This document shows positions 40,351 through 45,458 of a stretch of 45,458 nucleotides of DNA, one piece after another (the first letter of the stretch is position 1; every line of letters begins with the position of its first letter). The stretch lies in assembly GCA_009885355.1 (NCBI GenBank), contig VFKW01000035.1, positions 1 through 45,458 of the forward strand, read 5' to 3'. Both the position numbers and the translations under genes were made by a program. Below the pieces are notes generated by a model. It had not been told where the DNA came from and ran no database searches. It saw only the letters and a list, made by a program, of their open reading frames with translations. This stretch comes from Candidatus Berkelbacteria bacterium. GTDB taxonomy: Bacteria; Patescibacteriota; UBA1384; VFKW01.

Positions 40351-41437
40351 TCCAAACAAACTATCATTTCAGCTTCCATCTGGACAAGAAGAAGTTTATA
40401 TAGGGCATGGCGTACTGGATTATTATGGCAAACTACTTGAAAAAAATAATTATGATAAAGTGATCACCATTGCTGATAAAAATGCTTACAAACACTATAA
40501 GTTAGGAATTAATAATCTATTGCTTAAAAGCGTCGATAAAAAGATTATTTTTGTAAGCGCCAAGCCTCATTATAAAGATTATAAACACGCTGCTCATTTG
40601 CTTAATAAGCTAATTGAATTAAAAGCCAGTCGCAAAACTTGTCTTTTGGCAATCGGGGGCGGTTATGTATCAGACATAACGGGTTTCGTTGCCTCTATTT
40701 ATATGAGAGGAATTGACTTTATCCAAGTACCGACAACATATATGTCTGCTGCAGATATTGTAATTGGGAAAGTGGCAGTTAATTATAACGGACACAAAAA
40801 TCTGGTTGGATCGTTTTACTCACCAAGACAGGTTTTTGTAGACACTGATTTTTTAACAACACTACCACCACGAGAGGTTGTTAATGGATTAGTAGAAATC
40901 TGGAAACATGCTTTACTTGTACAAAATAACCAAATTATTGGTTTAATAAGCGATCATCTGAATACTAAAAAATTTGATAATTCAGACACGATAATAGAGT
41001 TCTCAATCAGATCAAAAATGAGCTTTGTCGAAAAAGATTATTACGATACTGAAGATTCTCACAAGGCTTTGAGTTTAGGCCATACGTTAGCAAATTATTT
41101 AGAGAGAAATACGACAATTAGACACGGTGAAGCAGTTTTTTATGGGATAATTTTTTCAGCAATTTTAGCGCATAATAGCAATCTTATTAATACTTCCCGT
41201 TATGATTCGATTATTGAGTTAGGCAAAAAGTTTGAAAAATACTTCGGCATATTTCCGCAAGTTAAAAAATTGGTCTGTAATAATAATATTTTAACTGAAT
41301 TGAAGTTTGATAAAATTAATCATTCGGGTAACTATTCTTTTGTCTTATTAACGGATAACAACTTTTTAATAAAGAGAGACTTGGATAAAGGTGCTTTAGA
41401 AAACGCAATCAGAGAATTTTGCAATTTGGCTCTATAG
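40343..41437 (+). CDS. DHQS-like sugar-phosphate cyclase (probably not a bona fide AroB)
   Basis: 364 aa with an ATGAATAA overlap onto the upstream gene. The core ..LLAIGGGYVSDITGFVASIYMRGIDFIQVPTTYMSAADIVIGKVAVNYNGHKNLVGSFYSP.. and ..HGEAVFYG.. is DHQS-like. However ..HKALSLGHTLANYLE.. replaces the canonical ..R..LLN.GHT.GHA.E... Confidence 0.8.
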   Translation: MNNPNKLSFQLPSGQEEVYIGHGVLDYYGKLLEKNNYDKVITIADKNAYKHYKLGINNLLLKSVDKKIIFVSAKPHYKDYKHAAHLLNKLIELKASRKTCLLAIGGGYVSDITGFVASIYMRGIDFIQVPTTYMSAADIVIGKVAVNYNGHKNLVGSFYSPRQVFVDTDFLTTLPPREVVNGLVEIWKHALLVQNNQIIGLISDHLNTKKFDNSDTIIEFSIRSKMSFVEKDYYDTEDSHKALSLGHTLANYLERNTTIRHGEAVFYGIIFSAILAHNSNLINTSRYDSIIELGKKFEKYFGIFPQVKKLVCNNNILTELKFDKINHSGNYSFVLLTDNNFLIKRDLDKGALENAIREFCNLAL

Positions 41438-41499
41438 CAATTGACAGGTTAGGTTTTTTGATGTAAAATATAACTCTATCATTGATAGGGGGTATTCGC

Positions 41500-41901
41500 A
41501 TGCGAGTAAGAGCAGTAATAGTTGATAACCAGCGCATCCTTCTCATCGAGAGGACGAAGCAGGGAAACCATTATTGGATTTTCCCAGGGGGTGGGGTTGA
41601 AACATATGATTCCACGCCAGAATCGGCTTTGTTGCGCGAATGCCAAGAAGAGCTTGGTGTTGAGGTAGAAGTGGGACCACTCTTCGATACTTTCAAGGGC
41701 AATGAAGAGGAGCTATTCTTTCTTAGCCGCATAATAAGCGGCACTATCGATAAGATCGGCGGCCCTGAATCTACCCGAGACCCAGCCCTTTGGGGAGAAT
41801 ACAAACCTGTTTGGCTCACAATTGAGGAGATTGCAGAAAGAAATGTTCTGCCAGAACCGATAAAACGAGCTATACTAGACCGTGGGGTCGGCAATTCCTA
41901 G
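41500..41901 (+). CDS. Nudix hydrolase (higher-GC)
   Basis: The track ORF starts at TTG 41482, but AGGGGG lies 7 nt before ATG 41500 (MRVRAVIV..). The Nudix box is GGGVETYDSTPESALLRECQEELGVEV. Confidence 0.85.
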   Translation: MRVRAVIVDNQRILLIERTKQGNHYWIFPGGGVETYDSTPESALLRECQEELGVEVEVGPLFDTFKGNEEELFFLSRIISGTIDKIGGPESTRDPALWGEYKPVWLTIEEIAERNVLPEPIKRAILDRGVGNS

Positions 41902-41922
41902 GGGCTGCCGACCCCTTTTTTT
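41884..41922. terminator. Bidirectional rho-independent terminator between convergent Nudix genes
   Basis: GGGGTCGGCA (41884-41893) pairs perfectly with TGCCGACCCC (41906-41915) across a 12-nt loop, followed by TTTTTTT (41916-41922). Confidence 0.7.
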
Positions 41923-42358
41923 ATACTTGATTTATTAAAAAATCATTAGCTTCTTTGAGAATTCTTATACAACTTTCGTGTGATATTTTTTCTAGAGCTC
42001 GATCGTAATCAAGCCAGGCAAAATCAATAATTTCTTCAGTTCTAATAATTTCAGCTTTTAATTCAGCAATTTTCCCTAGATAATAAGTTACAGTTTTATC
42101 AAGGATTTTTTCTCCCTTTTCGAATTTGTATTTTTCTTCAAAAGTTGGCTTTGGTAATATTTCAAACTTAGTAATACCTGTTTCTTCATAAATTTCTCGT
42201 TGAATAGTTTCGGGTATGCTTTCACCTGCTTCAGGATGACCCTTTGGGAACGCCCAATGCCCTGCTTTATGGCAAATTAATAAATAGATAAGCTTATCGC
42301 CCTCTTTGTAGTAAGGAATTATTCCAAATGATTGATCTTTAATTATTTCTTTTTCCAT
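41921..42358 (-). CDS. Nudix hydrolase (low-GC)
   Basis: The ORF opens at 42436, but the likely start is ATG 42358 (MEKEIIKDQSFGIIPYY..). The Nudix box is GHWAFPKGHPEAGESIPETIQREIYEETGI. Confidence 0.85.
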   Translation of the reverse strand: MEKEIIKDQSFGIIPYYKEGDKLIYLLICHKAGHWAFPKGHPEAGESIPETIQREIYEETGITKFEILPKPTFEEKYKFEKGEKILDKTVTYYLGKIAELKAEIIRTEEIIDFAWLDYDRALEKISHESCIRILKEANDFLINQV

Positions 42359-42435
42359 GAATACAATATAGCACTTTTTGATTAAAAAAATAAGGCGGCG
42401 GAACAATGGTGTTCCTACCGCCTTGGTTGTGGCCA

Positions 42436-43602
42436 TTAGAGGCCGAGCTTTTTTGCGAATCTCTGTGTGTTTTCGTCGATCCCATCAGACTCATTGCTAA
42501 ACACCAGATCGGCGATATCTTCGACTTGATGAGCACCGCGAGATCGCTTGGTTTCATCTTTGCTTCGTACCTTCGATGTGGCTTCCTCAATAGTCATTCC
42601 TGTCTTGGCGACAGTACGACTGATCCTCAGATCTTCAGGGGCCGTAAGGAACGCAATCGTGAAACGATCTCCTAGGAGCAACTTGAAGTACGCCGGGAGA
42701 ATTGGATCATGGATGCTCTCGACTGATGCTCGAGTCACATGGGGATGGCAGTGGAGGAACGAAAGGTACTCGAACCCCATACTCCCCGCGTGCACATCCT
42801 GGCCAGCCCTAATCAAGATGTCCTCAAAATATCGCAACTTGAGGCGGTAAAAGCCATACTTCTTGGAAAGCGCATCCCCGAAACCGCTCTTGCCAGATTC
42901 ACTGAGACCGCCTAAAGCGATTCCTCTTTCGAAGTTCTCGCATGCTAACGGCAGACTAATCCCCAAGTCGAGATTAGCCCGGGAGCGAATCTCGTTCTGG
43001 ATATTCAATATACAGTCATTCACTACCACCCTCCGCTCTTGGGGGATATTATCATAGTAGTGTTCGATAGTAGTGCCCAGATAGCCCTGGTACGATGCAT
43101 ATCGTGCCGCTTGTTCGGGCGTGTACTGGTTGGTTCTGATATCTATGATCTGGAGTAGCGTCTTTATTTTCTGCTGATAGACACTATTCGGAACTAGTAA
43201 CAGTTCATATTCCTCCGGGGTGTATTCCAAGAGGTCCGCGAACATGTTATCAACTCGTTCATAGGCATCGTCTAGACTGCCTAGGTGCTTTGTAGAATAT
43301 GTCGCTGCAAGGACAGCCTTGAACATCAGGGTCCCTCGGTCAAATATGTTGACTTTGTCCGAGATACAGCTCTGGTTACGAATGTTGAGTGATTGGATGA
43401 TGATCTGAGCCAAGTCATCGAATTCGACCCGACCGAACCACCATTCGTGAGATGCTGTTTCTGATTGTGCTGGCCAATTGTCGCCATATTCGACGAGTCT
43501 CTTAAGTCGATGGGTAATCTTACGAGTACCCAAGCTAGATAAAAAACTGATCTGCTGTGTCTTTCCGATCCCGTCAAAACCACTGATTGCCAATTTTGAC
43601 AA
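42436..43602 (-). CDS. Two-domain P-loop nucleotide-kinase-like protein
   Basis: The ORF opens at GTG 43611, which abuts AGGAGG. TTG 43602 lies 7 nt after the SD and is the more likely start. The N-terminal half has ISGFDGIGKTQQ (dTMP-kinase-like P-loop). The C-terminal half has a second P-loop, GGLSESGKSGFGDAL (CMP/adenylate-kinase-like). G+C is higher than in the surrounding cassette. Confidence 0.65.
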   Translation of the reverse strand: MSKLAISGFDGIGKTQQISFLSSLGTRKITHRLKRLVEYGDNWPAQSETASHEWWFGRVEFDDLAQIIIQSLNIRNQSCISDKVNIFDRGTLMFKAVLAATYSTKHLGSLDDAYERVDNMFADLLEYTPEEYELLLVPNSVYQQKIKTLLQIIDIRTNQYTPEQAARYASYQGYLGTTIEHYYDNIPQERRVVVNDCILNIQNEIRSRANLDLGISLPLACENFERGIALGGLSESGKSGFGDALSKKYGFYRLKLRYFEDILIRAGQDVHAGSMGFEYLSFLHCHPHVTRASVESIHDPILPAYFKLLLGDRFTIAFLTAPEDLRISRTVAKTGMTIEEATSKVRSKDETKRSRGAHQVEDIADLVFSNESDGIDENTQRFAKKLGL

Positions 43603-43722
43603 AGTAATCACCTCCTAGGTTAAGATTGAGCTTGACATATAATTATACCAAATCTATCGAAAAAATCAATACCTTCGATCGTTGGAATGTGACTTGAATT
43701 TTTGATGGATAACTGATATAAT

Positions 43723-44607
43723 GTGCAGGATCATAGAATACCGTTGCCACTGCCTAGAGCACAACAAAGGGAGGTGATGAGGTTGGGCAAAGTATTTTCT
43801 TGGCAGCAAGTTTCCAAGAGATCAGTACCTTCAACAGAAGATTTCCTTGATGTGTCGTGCTATCTTGACGATAGAATCAAGGAGAGTGACCAAGTATTAT
43901 GTGCATTAAAGCTCGGCTCTGTCCTCAGAAATGATTTTAATGCGCGCAGCGACCTTGACTACTTGGTGATTTATTCATCTGAGCATAGGTTGCTTGCAAT
44001 GAAACTCTTTGGTGATTTTATAGACTATGCATCTAGACATAATGTACCATTGGGACTAATACCAATCAGCGAAATTGCATCAACCCAGTCCTTGCACTCA
44101 ATCACCAGGTACTTTTCAGGCCATATGCGTTGGTCGGCTGAACATGATGGGGCGATCAAGGGCAATCCAATTGAGACGATCAGCTTGGATCATCTCCACT
44201 CAAGTTTGAACATGGAAGTGGGAGACTATCTGCGGAATCGGTTGCTGACTCTAGAAAAGCTCTCCATTGAAATGGCTAGATGCAGCAATTCCATTTCAAA
44301 TGAGCACCTCTCAAAAGCCATGGGTATACCCGTCCATGTTGCACGTCAGATGCTCTGGATGAAGGGTGAAGATAGAGGTGAAGGGTCAAAATCAGTAGTC
44401 TGTGATGCTTACAGGGAATTATTTCCGGGTGAATTGGCAGATATACTGGCTCAGCTGGTAACGGCAGACGGTCACTACACCGAGGAGCTAAACAAGCAAC
44501 TCGTGAGACAAGACGAAGGAACCTATCGCCAAGCGCTGGGCATATTAGCAGATCTAATTCCTTTTATATATGAGTTTACAGAGAAGAACGCTCTGTTGAC
44601 CATATAG
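43723..44607 (+). CDS. Pol-beta-superfamily nucleotidyltransferase with helical C-terminal domain
   Basis: 294 aa. ..LKLGSVLRNDFNARSDLDYLVIY.. matches the G-S-x(n)-D-x-D motif. The start is uncertain: GTG 43723, ATG 43777 or TTG 43783 after GGGAGG. G+C is higher than in the surrounding cassette. Confidence 0.7.
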   Translation: MQDHRIPLPLPRAQQREVMRLGKVFSWQQVSKRSVPSTEDFLDVSCYLDDRIKESDQVLCALKLGSVLRNDFNARSDLDYLVIYSSEHRLLAMKLFGDFIDYASRHNVPLGLIPISEIASTQSLHSITRYFSGHMRWSAEHDGAIKGNPIETISLDHLHSSLNMEVGDYLRNRLLTLEKLSIEMARCSNSISNEHLSKAMGIPVHVARQMLWMKGEDRGEGSKSVVCDAYRELFPGELADILAQLVTADGHYTEELNKQLVRQDEGTYRQALGILADLIPFIYEFTEKNALLTI

Positions 44608-44622
44608 ATGAGATATACTAAC

Positions 44623-44651
44623 GTCCGGTAATTCGTTACCGGACTCTTTTT
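44623..44651 (+). terminator. Rho-independent terminator after the 43723 gene
   Basis: GTCCGGTAA-TTCG-TTACCGGAC followed by TCTTTTT. Confidence 0.7.
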
Positions 44652-44820
44652 AAACTTTAGATACTTGTGCCCGACGACTACAGACTTCACCGAAAGTGAT
44701 TTAAAACCTGCAAGAGCCTCAAATTTTACAACTATATTTATATTCATTTACAAGATTATATTATTGGATTAAAATGATAATAAACTATTAGTCCGAATAA
44801 CTTATATCGAAAAATAGATA

Positions 44821-45396
44821 ATGTTTAAGAAAAAAGTATGTGGAATGAAACAATTTAAACCAAATAAAATAATTATTCTGCTCGCACCTTCTGGCTGCGG
44901 CAAAGATACTGTAATTAACTTATTAAAGACTGCTACCAACCTTAAAGTTGAGGCAGTAAAAAGACACACCACCAGAGAACTGCGGTTTGATGATAATGGT
45001 GAATATGAATTCGTATCACATTGCGAATTTGAAAATTTATTAAAGGATGATTTCTTCATATTGCCCAATATCTTTGCTGGACATTACTATGGGACATCAG
45101 TTAATGAAATAAAAGCTGTCGTTGACCGAAACCACATACCAATTTTGAAAGGTATGATTTATCAAGTTGAAGATTCTAAGCTTCGTTTAAAAAGGTTATT
45201 TCCAGAGAAGGAAGTAATTACTATATATATGAAAACCGATCCCGAAGATGCATGGCGTAATGTTTTAAAGCAGCGCAAATTTGAAGACTACCTGAAACGC
45301 ATAGAAGAGTCCAATAAAGAATACGAAGCAGCTCTTGGATCACATAAACATCTAGTATCAAATCATCTTAGTCTTTGTGCAATATCTCAAGCTTAA
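44821..45396 (+). CDS. Guanylate-kinase-like P-loop kinase
   Basis: 191 aa. IIILLAPSGCGKDTVINLL resembles the Gmk P-loop GPSGxGK. The start is either ATG 44821 or ATG 44845. Confidence 0.6.
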   Translation: MFKKKVCGMKQFKPNKIIILLAPSGCGKDTVINLLKTATNLKVEAVKRHTTRELRFDDNGEYEFVSHCEFENLLKDDFFILPNIFAGHYYGTSVNEIKAVVDRNHIPILKGMIYQVEDSKLRLKRLFPEKEVITIYMKTDPEDAWRNVLKQRKFEDYLKRIEESNKEYEAALGSHKHLVSNHLSLCAISQA

Positions 45397-45458
45397 ACTT
45401 TTTAATTGCTTTTTCTTTTGTAAATGTCCAGTTTATCTTGGATCTTTTTTTATTTCGA

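Noticed and set aside
40343-41437. Plain aroB (3-dehydroquinate synthase) annotation
   Set aside because: The R/N/H positions around GHTxGH are substituted, and the gene is translationally coupled to a carbamoyltransferase, a kinase and an NTase rather than to shikimate genes. It is called a generic sugar-phosphate cyclase instead.
41571-43583. Track ORFs 41571..41894 (-), 42339..42590 (-), 42406..42675 (+), 42548..42850 (+), 42863..43057 (+) and 43326..43583 (-)
   Set aside because: These are shadow ORFs typical of higher-GC coding DNA. Each overlaps a longer ORF that has clear Nudix or P-loop motifs.

Overview
This is a 45.5-kb low-GC bacterial window (about one-third G+C by eye) read in the standard genetic code. 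TGA is used as a stop, for example at 15533-15535 and in the ATGA start/stop overlap at 12663-12666. Ribosome-binding sites are strong GGAGG-type and many genes overlap by 4-30 nt. Minimal housekeeping genes sit among cohesin/dockerin-like surface proteins and GIY-YIG mini-elements, which suggests a Patescibacteria/CPR-like organism; that is inference only.

Layout:
(1) 1-13223 is one minus-strand block. It holds an edge-truncated secreted protein, an F-type ATPase operon, and then dockerin-like, DUF916-like and two cohesin-like surface proteins. The operon encodes epsilon, beta, gamma, alpha, delta and b, but its first gene is not atpB/atpE. Instead it is a 680-aa secreted Ig-like-repeat protein whose C-terminus is a subunit-c-like hairpin lacking the ion-binding carboxylate.
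(2) 13.5-20.5 kb: HExxH metalloprotease with Ig-like repeats, a membrane protein, bcp, a glycosyltransferase, rpoD and dnaG.
(3) 20.5-35.4 kb is accessory DNA: a GIY-YIG mini-element, tRNA-Ser(GGA), a large serine recombinase, a type I R-M operon with an embedded ABC-type ATPase and a 3' passenger gene, a SWIM protein, a histidine kinase plus lone receiver, a higher-GC GNAT-like gene, and an ISNCY-like IS with an 18-bp flanking duplication.
(4) 36.3-45.4 kb: a translationally coupled cassette followed by a G+C-mosaic set of Nudix, P-loop NMP-kinase-like and NTase genes. The cassette encodes an APH-like kinase, a Pol-beta-type nucleotidyltransferase, a NodU/CmcH/TobZ-type carbamoyltransferase and a DHQS-like sugar-phosphate cyclase, with an upstream HAD gene.

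The most unusual item is the ATPase operon. It has no a subunit in the window, a carboxylate-less c hairpin fused to an extracellular protein, a truncated epsilon and an extended alpha. This looks like an ion-uncoupled, hydrolysis-driven F-like ATPase tied to a surface structure. No rRNA, CRISPR array or phage structural genes were seen.
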